This document shows positions 39,084-52,423 of a DNA stretch of 64,000 nt, in pieces. Source of the stretch: Isurus oxyrinchus (taxonomy: Eukaryota); contig JANJGN010000031.1 in NCBI GenBank assembly GCA_026770705.1, positions 1,426,001 to 1,490,000 of the forward strand, in the 5' to 3' direction. A program made the translations under genes and the position numbers. Position 1 is the first letter of the stretch. Each line of letters begins with the position of its first letter. Below the pieces are notes generated by a model. The model saw only the letters and a list, made by a program, of their open reading frames with translations. It ran no database searches and was not told where the DNA came from.

Positions 39084-41248
39084 GTTGACCGGTAAACTTT
39101 TCCTGTAATAGGGAAATGAGCCTTGTTGGGAACCGACCTGCTTGTTTAAAATCATTGATGAAAACATGAAGAGCTTAAGGAAGTGATTTAGGTGTCAAAA
39201 GCCAAGCCCCGCCCCATTTGATTGAAAGCCCCGCCCTCATTATTGGGTGGAACAGGACGTTTCAAAGGGGACAGAGTTGGCAAAGAAGCGGCAGATGCTT
39301 TTTGATGTGAACCATTCTCAGGATATCCAGGGTCGACCTAAGAAAGAGGGAGCAGGATACTTTCTAACTGGCGGAAGGGAGGAACTCTGGAGCTGCAAAG
39401 GAATTTACTTGTCTCGTTGAACAAGGAAGAATCATACAGTCCAATCGAATTTTTACTTGAAGGGTACTAGAATGCAAAACGGAGTAAGTTCTGTCTATTT
39501 GTAGGGAGCTCAGAGCAAATTCCTTCGGGAATCCTTCTTTCTGTTCGGGGCAGTCACCGCAGGAAGGATCATTTGGACCTGGAGGGAGTTCAAAGCTGAT
39601 TCAATAGAATTATACCTTGGTTTAAGGGGCTAAATCATGAGGACAGGTTGCATAATCTTGTCTGTCTGACCTTCAGCATGAATGATCCATGGGAACATTT
39701 GAGGTTTTTTCATGGATTTCGGAAGGAGTTATCGCGGGCGAAAGTTACTTCGTTTTCTAGATTCCCACACCAGGAAAAATAGTATAACTTCACAATTAGA
39801 GACAGGTCTTTCAGGGTGATGTGAGGAAATATTTCCGCTGACAAATGGTTGTGGAAATCTGGAACCGTCTCCCAGCAAAAGGTTAATGGTGGGGGAAGGG
39901 AGTTAACCTTACATTTCAAAACTGAGATTGATGGATTTTTGTAGGGACAGCGTGCCGAGAAATGACTGGAGATGGTCAGTTGGAGGTAAAATATACTCCT
40001 GGCGGGGTAGTGGTAACCACTAACATTAACACTCCCTTTGTTCCTTAATTCATGACATCTTTGTCAATCGCTCCTTTGCCTCCAGCTATCACTGGCTTTG
40101 TATCCAGATCCATCTGCCCCACCCCACTTAAACCCATCTGGTTCCCTTTAGGGAAGGGAATGCGCTGTCCTTACCCTGGTCTGGCCGACATGTGATTCCA
40201 GGGTGATGTGGTGGACCCTGAATGAGGGATGACCAATAAATGCTGGCCTAGCCAGGGGCGCCCAAATCCCATGAATATTTTTTTTAAATGAAGACTAGAC
40301 CTTTCAGGCGTGCGGTATGGAAACACTTATTTCACATCGGATAGTGAAAGCCTGGAACTCTCTCCCCAAAATACTGTCAATGTTGTTGGTCAATTTCAAA
40401 ATTGAGGTTGATTGATTTTGTTGGGTCAGTGTTTCAAGGGATGAGTAGTGGAGGTGGGAGATGGAATGAACGGTACAGATCAGCTATAATGCTATAGTGG
40501 AACAGGCTCAAAGGGCTGTCTCGTCTCCATCTGTTTCTGTTCCGATTGAACCATGTTCCGGGTACCATGTTTCATGGTCCTAGAGCGCTGTCTGATGGGA
40601 CAGAAAGCGCAGAGTCAATGTATAAAAGCCCAGTCTATTCTGCGTCTCCTGAACGCTGTTTCTCTTCCCTTTTGAAATGTATCCTTTATTTGTATTTGTA
40701 ATTTAATTTGCCGCACTCGGAGCTAAATTCACCTCTATGGCGTCCTCCGCTGACTGTGCCCAAAACTTCTGCCCTGGATTGGTTGAAGTTATCTCTCATT
40801 AACTTTCTTATTCTTCTTATTCCTTTCCCACTCGTGTTTATCCAGTTTCCCCTTCAAGGCATCGATAATATTCGCCTCAAACACTCGGTGGTGGCGACTT
40901 CCACATTCTTTGCTTGAATTAGTTTGTTCCAAATTCCTAATTCGATTTTGTAACTGATTCTCATGTTCCCCACCTCAATCTTACTAAACCCCTTCATTAT
41001 TTCAATAAGACGTCATAAGAACTCCTCTCAACCTTTATTTTCCAACAGTAGCGAACAAATTCAGAATTTGCTGATGATTTAACTACTTATATCTCGCAAC
41101 ACTGTTCTCCAGTGCTTCCGAAACTAATCACTCACTTTTATTCTCACTGTTCTCTTATTGTCAAAAGGCCTTTGTCCCAAGGAAAAGAAACAGCGAGTCG
41201 AAGCGCCCGGTAATGTTGTCTCGAGCAGCTGTTTCCTGCCGCCTCTGG

Positions 41249-41287
41249 GATTTTTGTTGAGCTGCTCCATCTCTCTGAGTCACTGTG
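41249..41287 (-). other. 23-RSS of V9
   Basis: CACAGTG - 23 nt - ACAAAAATC. Confidence 0.92.
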
Positions 41288-41771
41288 CAGACTCCAGGCG
41301 CAGTAATACACCGCCGAGTGATTCGCCCGCAGGCTGGGGGACTCCAGCATGAACTCGGAGTCTCTCGGTCTCTGGGCCTTGAAACCGTCCACCGGCCGAT
41401 CTGGATTTATAATATTGGTGCCTCTGGAGTGAAATATCCACTGCGGCTCCTTCCCTGGGTACTGTCTGTACCAGAACATGTCAGGGTTACTGCTCCCCTC
41501 CACAGTGCACTCCAGTTCCATTTCATCCCCGGGAAATCTGGAGACAGCAGCGGGAGTCTGGCGGATAGTCTGTGAGTTCACATCTGGCGAAGGAAAGGAA
41601 AGGAGGTCAGTAAATGGAGGCATTGGCGGAGATTGGAAAAAAGAGACAGAAAAGTTAGAAAAAGAGGCAAAGACAGAAAGAAAGGATAATGTAAAATAAG
41701 ATTGTGAGTGTGAATGACTATTTAAAATAATTACGGTGAAACAAGGTAATCAGACCCAGCAAGAGATACAT
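41288..41771 (-). CDS. TRBV: V9 CAWS-family V gene, potentially functional; leader 41735-41771, V exon 41288-41583
   Basis: Leader MYLLLGLITLFH|GTAAT; open V exon to NHSAVYYCAWSL. Confidence 0.92.
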
Positions 41772-43039
41772 TTTTAACTTGACGTCTTTTGTTCAATAAA
41801 CACAGGAGCGAGAACAGCAGTGTGGACGCCTGTGAGGTGCCAACCCGCTCTTATCAAATCATTAAGGAAAACATGAAGAGCGGGAGGAAGTGATGAAGCT
41901 TCGGACACACCTCTCCCTCTGAATGACCTTTCTGCGACTCCCTCTCGCAGTTGCTGGGCCCTCCCTCTCTCTGATGTAATGACTCCCCGTACAGCCTGTT
42001 AACGTTTAAAGAAAAATTCGAACTCCCAGTGAAAAATTTCAGGTTTTGAACAAAAAAAGCTTTGCTGTACAAAAATTCTAGAAGCGAGCACTACTAAATT
42101 AATATAATATTTTGTAATGATTCTGTTTGAAGCCCGTTTTACTTTCTAATTCCACTCAAGAATTTCTTTATACATTACAAGGTCTGGAGGTTTCATTCAC
42201 TTCTGAGACAAAACCAAGGTATACCACAGTTCTCGGTAATTCACTGTGTATTCTCCTCAATGATCCAACTATTCTCTGATGTGCAAGTGCTTTTGGGATC
42301 CTTCCACCAGCATTTATATAGATGACTCCAACTCTCCTTTGACACCTCATGATTGTGGATTCCTCCAGATTAAGCTTCTTGCTTAGTGACTCTTAAAAAT
42401 CAGAAAATCACCTTTCATTTCTGACAGCCCTTTGTTATGCTTCCCATTGCTTCACAGCTCCAGGCAGACCCTCTCTCTTTGCTTTTCTTCAATCTGAGTG
42501 ACTGTTTCTGTGAGAAAACATACAGATAAAAACCCAAATCAAAAGATTACCTTCCTGCATTGCATATCTCCATAGCAAAGTCGGATACCTGGATGTTCCA
42601 AACAGAAATGTAAATTATCAAAACAACTCTTCGATTCTGGGTCCCACACGAATAATTTACATCTCAGATGAGGACACCTACGATCTTACCAGGATCTCAG
42701 GATCCATGAAGAAACCCATTGTTCATAAGTTACTTTTAGAGCTTCTCTAATCCAGAGAATTTACATCAATTATTTAAACTTCCTCAGATTACACTCCAAC
42801 TTTTATGCATTTTCTAAGATGTTGTGAGACAAACCGGTTGCTCTACAGAGATCCAGATATGCTATTAGAATCCTAGGTGTGAATAGCTTTCACCACTATC
42901 CCAAAATCAAACTTTCTGCTTTGAACTGTAATGGAGAGATGAACTGTGGAGTAGTTCTTTATATGTCAGTTGTTCAGGTAGATAGTTTGAAGTTCTGTCC
43001 TCTGGGGAAATTCAGAACAACTTTGCAATCATATTTGCA

Positions 43040-44430
43040 CATACGAATTAGGAGCAGGAGTAGGCCACTCGGCCCCTCTAGCCTGCTCCGCCATTCAATA
43101 AAACCATGGCTGACCTAATTTAAACCTCAACTTCACATTCCTGTCTACCCCCACTAAACTTTAACCACCTTAATATCAAGAATCTCTCTCCTTCCGCCTT
43201 AATGATATTCAAAGTCTCTGCCTCAACCATCTTTTGAAGAAGAGAATTCCAAACTCTTGCAACACTCTGAGAAAGAAAAAATTCTCCTCATCTCTGCCTT
43301 AAATAGGCGACACATAATTTTTAAACAGTGCCCCTTAGTTCGAGATTCCCCCACAAAAGGAAACATCCACTCCACATCCACCCTGTCAAGACCCTTCAGG
43401 ATCTTAAATGTTTCAATCAAGCCGACTCTTACTCTTCTAAACTCCACTGGCTTCAAGCCTAGTCTGTCCAACCATTCCTTTCCAGCCCATTCCAGTATTA
43501 ATCTAGTAAAACTTCTCTGAACTGCTTCCAATGCATTTCCATCCTTCCTTAAATACTGTACACAGTACTGGAGATATGCTCTTACCAATGCCCTAAATAA
43601 CTGAAGCATAACTTCCCTGTCCTTGTATTCAATTCCCATCTCAATAAACAGTAACATTCACTTAGCTTTCCCAATTACTGGCCACACCTGCTTTCTAGCT
43701 TTTTGGGATTCATCCACAAGGCACCCAGATCCCTCTACATTTCAAAGCTCTGCAATCTCTCATCGTTTATATAATATGCTTCTTTTTTTCTCCGTCAAAA
43801 TGGATAACTTCACACTTACCCACATTATACTGCATTTGCCAGGTCTTTGCCTGCTCACTTAACCTACATATATCCGTTTGTAATCCCTTATGTCTTCTTC
43901 ACAATTTACTTTTCGCCCTATCTTTGGGTCACCACTAATTTACCAACCATTCCCATCATGCAAATCATTTGTATAAGTTGTAAAGTGTTGAGGCCCCAGC
44001 ACTGATCCCTGTGGCACACCACTCGCCACACCCCAGTAACCAGAAAAATATATATTTATGCCTATTCTCTGTTTTCTGTTAGCCAGCTAATCTTCTTTTC
44101 ATGCCAATTCGTTCTTGTGAACACCATGAGCTCTTACTGTCAGCAATAACCTTTGATGTGGCACTTTATCAAATGCCTTCTGGAACTCTAAATGTAGTAC
44201 ATCTACCCGTTCCCCTTTATCCACAGTACCTTTTCCTCCTTCAAAGAAATCCAATGAATTGGTTAAATATGATTTCCCTTTCACAAAACCATGTTGACTC
44301 TGCCCGATTGTCTTGAATTTTCCCAAATGTCCTGTTATAGCACCTTTGAGAATCGCTTGTATCTTTTTACCTTTGACAGGTGTAAAGCTCACTGGCCTAT
44401 GGATTCATGCTCCCTGTCTCCCTTCCTTTT
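43040..44430 (-). mobile_element. Decayed CR1 LINE (duplicated at ~53445-54800)
   Basis: SQHGFVKGKSYLTN..LEFQKAFDKVPH; REVMLQLFRALVR. Confidence 0.88.
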
Positions 44431-46837
44431 CAATAAAGCAGTTACATCAGGTATTTTGCAATGAGAACCAGGCTGTAGAATTATGATATCAAGAAGAATT
44501 TTTTCACACAAACGAATCTGTAACACTTGCCCCAACGATTGCTGAATGACTTGGAGGGTCATTTGAATATTTAAGACTGAAATTGATAGGTTTTTGTGGG
44601 TAACGTTATGAGTGGTGACAGGCCCAAGGCAGATAATTGAAATTAAGATACACAGCAGCTGGAATCTAATTGAATTGTCTGGCAGGTTCGAAAGACTCCC
44701 GATTATTCTTGAGTTCTTTGCTTGAAGGCAGGTCCGACCCACAGCCTCCACCACAGCTGGGGCAAAGAGGCATGTCCTGAATTCACCCTATCCAGAATGG
44801 GGATCAAACCCAATTGCTGTTAGCACCAAACTGATCAACACCAGCCATCGAGCTACTTTAACATGTATACTGGAGCCTGGAGCTATGGACAGTGAAGAAA
44901 GAGTCTCCCACATTCCATCACATTGCTAACCAGGAATCTCTCCCGCTCTTACTGCCTGCCATATGCGTGTGTTGGACAGACTTACACATTGACACTCAAC
45001 CGGTTTGCCTGTATTATGAACGTGCCTTCCTCAGGCATCGAGGTCTATAGGGGGATTTGAAGACGGAGCTTCTGGCTCAGAGGTAGGTTCACTACCCATT
45101 GTGCCACAAGACCACTTCCTGATTTTCGATCCTTCTTAAGCAAACATGTCAGGCAACAGCTTTAGGAAACAGCTTAGAGTGCCTTCTGCTGTCCGCTTGG
45201 AGAAAGAAACCCAGTGTATGGAAACACTGCTCATTATATTGCTCTCTTTATGTCCTTCTTCATTTGTTAAAGTCTTCCTCTTTCTTTCTCTTACTTGCTG
45301 TTTCATTATTTCTGCCTTATTTTCATTTATTTCTCTATTCTGACTCTTACATTTTCCAAAATGAAAGCCCCCACCCACCAATTAAATGTGTTCAATCATT
45401 CAGCTCAGTTCAGGATAAGTTGATGTTGGAATCTGGGCAACTCTCTTGCTCAATGAATGGAGTTCACCCCGGCTGTGCTGTGTTAATATTGATCCATTGA
45501 GCCCGCAGTCATGAAAACTGATTTGTCCCAGTTTCCACTGGCATAAGTACAAAGAAAGAAGGAAACATTGTTTTATTTTTAAAGCTAATATAGTAGAAAG
45601 TAAGAAAGCATTTTCTTTGCCTACTGTCCAAAAAAAGAAATAAACCTAACAGCTTGGAAGGACAGAATGGCCTCCTCCTCTTCCTGTGTAACGGGCTGGA
45701 CGGGCTGAATGGCCTCCTCCCTTCCTAGGAAAAGTCAAGGGGCTGAATGGCCTTCACTTGTTCCTCTGCAACAGGCTCGATGGGCTGAGTGGCCTGTTGT
45801 TTCAATCAACGGCTTTCCGTGTCCTGGTCTGTTTCATGGTCCTACTGCCAAGCAGCCATGAAGGAATAAGGTAGTGAGAGTGGGCACAGCCTATCCTGTG
45901 TTTATTACTTTCTCTGCTCCTGTCTACCTATCCTTCTTACTTTTATTTTTTCATTCGCCCTTTCCTCGTGCTGGCAGATCTTTTTTCTCTTTTCCATTTT
46001 TCAACCGTTCGTAATAAACACAGAGTTTGTAAACACATTCCTGCTGCAGATCGAAAGCCCTTCTATGTGACTCCCGGTCCGCCCTTTATTTACCCGCCAA
46101 TAAGAACAGCGTGAAAATGCTGAAAGAAGCAAGAAGCCAAAGATCATCTCCCCCTCCCCACGGTTCCCATGTCTGTCCCTACTCAGGGGTCAGTTCGCTA
46201 ACTCCACTGATTAATCCCATAAAGGCATTTTACTGCCCCTCACTGTACCAACATGGACTGTATCACACAGAAACAGACCAGTCAATCCAACACCCTCGTG
46301 CTGCTGTTTAAAGAGCGGCTTTAATCCTCTCCTCCCATGCTAACTGATTTCAACCCTTCAACACACCCTTCATCATTCATCTGTTTATCCAGCTTCCCCT
46401 GAAATCCATCTCTGCTCTTCGCCCCATGGTAACGAGTTCCAGAATCTCGCCTCTCTGGGAAAATGAGGTTTCTCCTGAAAGCCCGATGGGATATATTGTA
46501 TTATTAATCATCTCATATTGATGACCCCTAGTTCTGATCACGCCTACAAGTGGAAGTATCTCCTGTCTATCTCCTTGTTGAACCGCCTTCCATCATGTTA
46601 AATTCCTCTATCAGGATAGCAGCCATTCTGGTGGAAACAGCTCCAGTCTCTTCCCGATAGTAACAGCCGCTCAGTTCCTTGTAAATTTGTCTGTGCACCT
46701 TTTCCACAGCTTCTATAACTGACATTCAACCCAACTGATCTCTTGTTCTTCCCAAAACTGCCTTCACTTCGGTAAAGAGAAACAAGAGGCAGCATCGCCT
46801 GGTTTCCTCATTCACAGCTATTTCCTGCCGCCTTTGG

Positions 46838-46876
46838 GGTTTTAGTTGAGCTGCTCCATCTCTCTCAGTCACTGTG
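46838..46876 (-). other. 23-RSS of V10
   Basis: CACAGTG - 23 nt - ACTAAAACC. Confidence 0.85.
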
Positions 46877-47401
46877 AAGACTCCGGGGGCAGTAACACAT
46901 GGCCGAGTTATCCGCCCGCAGGCTGGGGTACTCCAGCTTGAACTCGGAGTCTCTTGGTCTCAGGGCGATGAAACCATCCACCGGCCCCTCTGGATTTACA
47001 ATTTTGGTGTTTGTGGAGTAAAACATCAGCTGCAGCTGCTTCCCCGGGTACTACCTGGACCAATATATCTCTGGGTTACTGCTCCCCTGCACAGTGAACT
47101 CCAGTTCCACTTCATGCCTCGGAAATCTGGAGACAGCAGCGGAGTCTGGCGGATAGTCTGTGAGTTCACATCTGGGGAAGGGAAGGAGAGCTGAAGCCGT
47201 CAGTAAAGGGGGTAAATTAGGTGTTGGGGAAACAAAGGAAGGAAATATATAAACATATAGAGACATAGAAAGAAAGACCAGAAGGAGAGAGAGCAAGGGT
47301 GTGTCAGCAAGTTGGACGGAAAGCTAGAGGCTGAATAGGAATTGTTGGCTGTAAAATTCCTTACAGTGAAACATGATTAACGGAGCCAGCAACAGATACA
47401 T
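46877..47401 (-). pseudogene. TRBV: V10 V pseudogene (CPRS end); leader 47365-47401, V exon 46877-47171
   Basis: 1-nt deletion in FR1 (~47141), Cys23 to Phe, TAG at 47051-47053, end reads AMCYCPRSL. Confidence 0.9.
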
Positions 47402-49279
47402 TTTCCACTTCAGGTTCCCTTTGAACCAATCTTCATCCCTGGTAACAAAACACTGGAAATACAATGCTCCTCCTTCTCACTCTGATTGACAGCCCAGCCC
47501 CTCCCATCAGCGTGACATTCCCGCCCTTTCCCGCTATCAGCCCTGCCCCTCACTCCTTGATTGGATTATGTGGAGCTGCGGGAATCCGGAAGTTGCAAAA
47601 GCACATGGCGGGGTTAGTGGACAGGGCAAAACTGGAGGGGTTACAACTCAGATTCACCAGGACAATACCGGGTTTAGAGCGGTAAATTAAGAAGACAGGC
47701 TGCAGAAACCTGGCTATATTCCTCTGAATTTAGAAGAATGAGGGGTGATTAAATTGAACTGTTCAAAATGGGAAAGCAAAATTGAGGGTGTTTGATAGAA
47801 ATTTTCCTCTCTGCTGCCCAATAAAGTGGAAAAGCCTTAAAATTACACTTCGGAATGAGAAGTGAACTTATTGATACACGGAAGATTGGTGGTTGGCTTG
47901 ACAGGACAGATACTGTTCTTCATGGGGGAATCTAGAACTAGGAGCGGTTTCAAAAAAAGAGGTGGCACATTTCAGAGGGAGATGAGGAGGAATTTTTTTG
48001 AAAACCGTGAACATTTGGAATTCTCTATCCCAGAGAGCAGTGGTGGGTGGGTCACTGAATATATCCAAGGCTGAGCGAGAGTTTTGAATTATTAGGGAAT
48101 CTGTCATAATAGATGCGGCAGGGCTACAGACAAAGTGGATAAGGCTACAGTGAGATCAGCCATGATCTTATTGAATAACAGAGCAGGATCGTGGGGCCGA
48201 ATAGCCTATTCCTGCTCCTATTTCATATGTCCTTACGTTCTGAACGGATAACTTGTTCCTGTATCAGTAACTAGTTCAGATATTCCCGGGATAGATTACA
48301 TTAAGACTAGTCTTGTATTCCCTGGAATGTAGAAGTTCGATGCGTGAGCTGATCAAGCGTTAATGATTAAAGGATTTGATAAAGCAGATGGAGAGAAAGC
48401 ATTTCCACTGGTTGGGGAAGGGTCCGCAACACCGGCGCAGAGCAATCAAATTGGAGCCAGGCCGATGGAAATTTTGAGCTCGGTCCCCTGCAAACAGCTG
48501 TCGAGCCTGGGGATCAATTGTAACCTTCAACAGCCGAATTAATCGAAAACAGAAAATGGTGGAAAAACGCAGGTCAAGCAGCATCTGTGGAGAGAGAAAC
48601 AGATTTAACGTTTCGAGTCCGTCTAACACTTCCTCAGACCGGAATTGATAGATTTTTGTAATGTTGGGAGAACGAAAATACAGAGCGCAGGCGGGTAAAT
48701 GGAGCTAAGAAACAGAGCAGCCAGGATCGCATTGAATGACTGAAAAGTTTCGCGGTGATGAATCGCCTCCTCCACCGACCCGAATTGACTCCCGATATTC
48801 CTGTGTAACAATTTCAAGAGAGGCTCGATGGGCCTCCTCCTGTTCCTGTCTAATAGTTTCGAGAGGGGGCTGAATGCACCTCCACCTTTATGTATGTAAC
48901 CACACAAAAGGGACTGTATGGGGCTTCCTTCTGCTCCTGTGATATATGCTCAGAGGAGCTGAATGGCCTCCTCCAGTTCCCGCGTTTCCTTGAAACCGTT
49001 GTCCGGCCCTGGTCTCCTTGATGGTCGTTGTGCGCCCCCTGCTGCTCCTAAGGAGAAAACACAGTCAGTGAATAAAGTTCAAACATTTTTGCTGCAGTCA
49101 CCAACTCTCAGTTCTGGTACAATATTGTTAATACATCTCGTGTTTTTACAACTATTCCCTCACTTTTGTAGTAGCCGGTCTCCTCTTATTGTCATAGACA
49201 CATTATTTCTGCAAACGAGAAACAGGGGGCGGCAGCGCCTGGATTCCTCATTCACAGCTGTTTCCTGCCGCCTTTGGGG

Positions 49280-49318
49280 CGGCTTTGTTGAGCTGCTCCA
49301 TCTCTCTGAGTCACTGTG
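49280..49318 (-). other. 23-RSS of V11, degenerate nonamer
   Basis: CACAGTG - 23 nt - ACAAAGCCG. Confidence 0.82.
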
Positions 49319-49804
49319 CAGACTCCAGGCGCAGTAATACACGGCCGCGTGATCCACCTGCAGGCTGGGGGACTCCAGCTTGAACTCGTAGCCATTCGGT
49401 CTCCGGGCGGTGAAACCGCCCACCGGCCCCTCTGGATTTACAATTCCGGTGCCTGCGGAGTCAAACATCAGCTGCAGCTCTTTCCCCGGGTCCTGTCTGT
49501 ACCAGAACATGACACCGCTACTGGCTCCATCCGCAGTGCAATTCAATTCCACTCTCTCTCCAAGAAATTTGGAAATAGTTCGGGGAATCTGATGGACTGT
49601 CGCCGATTTCGCGGCTGAGAAACAAAACGGGAGAGAAGGACGTAAATAAACAGGGACATTCTCATGGAGAAGCAGGGAATGAAAGAGAAAACATGAGAGA
49701 AGGATGGAAGAAAATAAATGATAAACGATGGATGTTGACAAAAATTGTCGCTTGAAAAATCACTTACACTGAATTAAGATCATGACAATCAGCAACAGAA
49801 ACAT
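49319..49804 (-). CDS. TRBV: V11 CAWS-family V gene, open frame, weak nonamer; leader 49768-49804, V exon 49319-49614
   Basis: Leader MFLLLIVMILIQ|GTAAG; open AKSATVHQIP..LNC..WYRQ..DHAAVYYCAWSL. Confidence 0.9.
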
Positions 49805-51881
49805 CTTTCACTTTAAGTTTGTCTTGTAATTGGGAAAGGAACGAAAACTGGAGAGGCCAGGCTTGATGGGAGTGAAACCGCCTCCTGTCAAATCAATGAA
49901 GGGAAGATGGAGGGCCCAGGGATGTGTGCATATAGCCCTCCCTCCATGGTGGAAAGACACGCCTCTCCCTCAATAATTGGCTGTAAGTGGAGCTGATAAG
50001 AACAGCGGGTTTCAAAGGCCAGAGGGCGCGAGTGGGCAAAGCAGTCGCAGATGCAGTGGGTAAGTCAGAGGTCACAATTATCGGCCTAAGCGGGGAGAGC
50101 ATAATATGTTCTAACTGGCGAGAAGCGAAGAACTCTAGAGCTGCAAAGGAACTTAGTTATCCAGCATGAAAAATCTCAGATAGACAGAAAGAAAAATGAG
50201 TCACCAAGGTGAATGGAATGCTAGCCTTTACTCAAGCGGAGCTGGAGTGCAGCATGGAGCCAGTTACACTCCAGTTGTTGAGAGCGTCGGGCGGACTCCA
50301 TCGCGAGATTTATTTCAGTTCTGGCCAGCTCACCTCAGGAGGGATGTATTAGTCTGAGAGGGGGCGGGGGACAAAGTGGATTGACCAGATTAATATTGGG
50401 CTCAAAGCGTTAAATCACGTGGACGGTTTCTCTGTATTCCCTTGAGTTTACAAGATTGAGGAATGTATTTGCGAGCCCCTTTTTGGACATCTTAGAAAGG
50501 TATCCCGCGTTAATAAATAGGTGCTATTTCATCTAGTGTTCTTCTAGAACAATGAGATGCAGTATGTTGCTTAGTGCTGGTGTTGGCATCATGGTGTTGT
50601 TACTGGTCTCGTATTTCAGAGAGCCACGATTATTCTCTGGGGGCCCGGGTTCAGGTCCCACCACGGCAGGTGGCGAAATTTGAATCCAATCAAAATCTGA
50701 AATTGAAAGTCTGATGACTATGAACCGATTGTCGTAAAAACCCATCTGGTTCCCTTTAGGGAAGAGAATGTGCCGTCCTTACCCTGGTCTGGTCTACATG
50801 TGACTCCACACCCACACCCGCAGCAATGTGGTTCACTCTGAACGAGGGCAATGAGGGATGGCCAATAAATGCTGGCCTAGCCAGCGACGCCCACATCCCA
50901 CGAACGAACCATTAAAAATAAAGCCTAGGCCTTATGAGAGGCGTGCGGTAAGGAAGAACTGATTAAACAACGGATAGTGAAAACCTGCAACATTCTCCCC
51001 AAAATACAGTCAATGTTGGTGGTCAATTTCAAAATTGAGGTTGATAGATTTTGTCCGGTCAGTGTTTCAAGGGATGAGTAGTGGAGGTGGGTAGATGGAA
51101 TGAACGGTACAGATCAGCGATAATGCTATAGTGGAACAGGCTCGAAGGGCTGTCTCGCCTCCATCTGTTTCTGTTCCAATTTCACCATGTTCCAGGCACT
51201 GATGTGTTTCATGGTCCTAGAGCGTCCTCTGCAGTTTGAGTTGGGAAAGAAATCGCAGAGTCAGTGTATTAAAGCCCAGCCTTTTCGCTGCTTCCTTAAC
51301 GCTGTTTCCCTTCCCTTTTGTAATTTATCTTTTATTTTTATTTGCTATTTAATTTGCCGCACTCACAGCTAAATTCACAGTGAAAACCAGCCTCGTCCGC
51401 TGACTGTGCTCAAAACTTCAGCCCAGAGTGGGTTATTCATTTATTCACTTATTCATTTCTCATTCGTGTTTATCCAGTTTCCGCTTCAGGGCATCGATAA
51501 TATTCCCCTCAAACACTCGGTGGTGGCGACTTCCACATGCTTTGCTTGAATTAGATTGTTCCAAATTCCTAATTCGATTTTGTAACTGATTCTCATCTTC
51601 TCCACCTGAATCCTACTGAACCGCTTCATCGTTTCAATAAAACTTCATGAGAATTGCTCTCAACCTCCATTTTCCAGCAAAAACAAACAAATTTAGACTT
51701 TGCTGATGGTTTCACCACTCATAGCTGGCAACTCCCTGCTCCAGTGCTTCACAATCTATTCACTCATTTTATTGTAACTGTTCTCTTATTGTCAAAAGGT
51801 CTTTGTCCCGAGAGAAAAAGAAACAGCGAGTCGAAGCGCCTCGTAATGTTGTCTCGAGCAGCTGTTTCCTGCCGCCTTTGG

Positions 51882-51920
51882 GGTTTTTGTTGAGCTGCTC
51901 AATCTCTCTGAGTCACTGTG
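51882..51920 (-). other. 23-RSS of V12 (consensus)
   Basis: CACAGTG - 23 nt - ACAAAAACC. Confidence 0.95.
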
Positions 51921-52423
51921 CAGACTCCAGGCGCAGTAATACACGGCCGAGTGATTCGCCCGCAGGCTGGGGGACTCCAGCATGAACTTGGAGTTACTCG
52001 GTCTCTGGGCCTTGAAACCGTCCACCGGCCCCTCTGAATTCACCTGATTGGTACCTGTGGAGTAAAACATCAGCTGCGGCTCCCTCCCCGGGTACTGTCT
52101 GTACCAGAACATGTTAGGGTTACTGCTCCCCTCCATAGTGCACTCCAGTTCCACTTCATCCCCGCGAAATCTGGAGACGGCAGCGGGAGTCTGGCGGATA
52201 GTCTGTGAGTTCACATCTGGGGAAGAGAATGGAAGGAGGAGGTCAGTAAGTGGAGACAATGGCAGAGATTGGGGAAAAAAGGACAAAAAGAAAAGAAAAA
52301 TAGCAAAAGACAGAAAGAAAGAGATAGAAATAAAAATATAAAAGGACGTTATGAATGAGAGTTACTATTTAAAAGAATTCACTTACGGTGAAACAAGGTC
52401 ATCAGACCCAGCAACAGATACAT
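51921..52423 (-). CDS. TRBV: V12 CAWS-family V gene, potentially functional; leader 52387-52423, V exon 51921-52216
   Basis: Leader MYLLLGLMTLFH|GTAAG; open V exon; consensus RSS. Confidence 0.93.

Larger units (their letters stand above)
40137..48200 (+). repeat. Segmental duplication C, paralogous to ~50744-58960
   Basis: Collinear high identity including V9/V12 and V10/V13. Confidence 0.88.
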
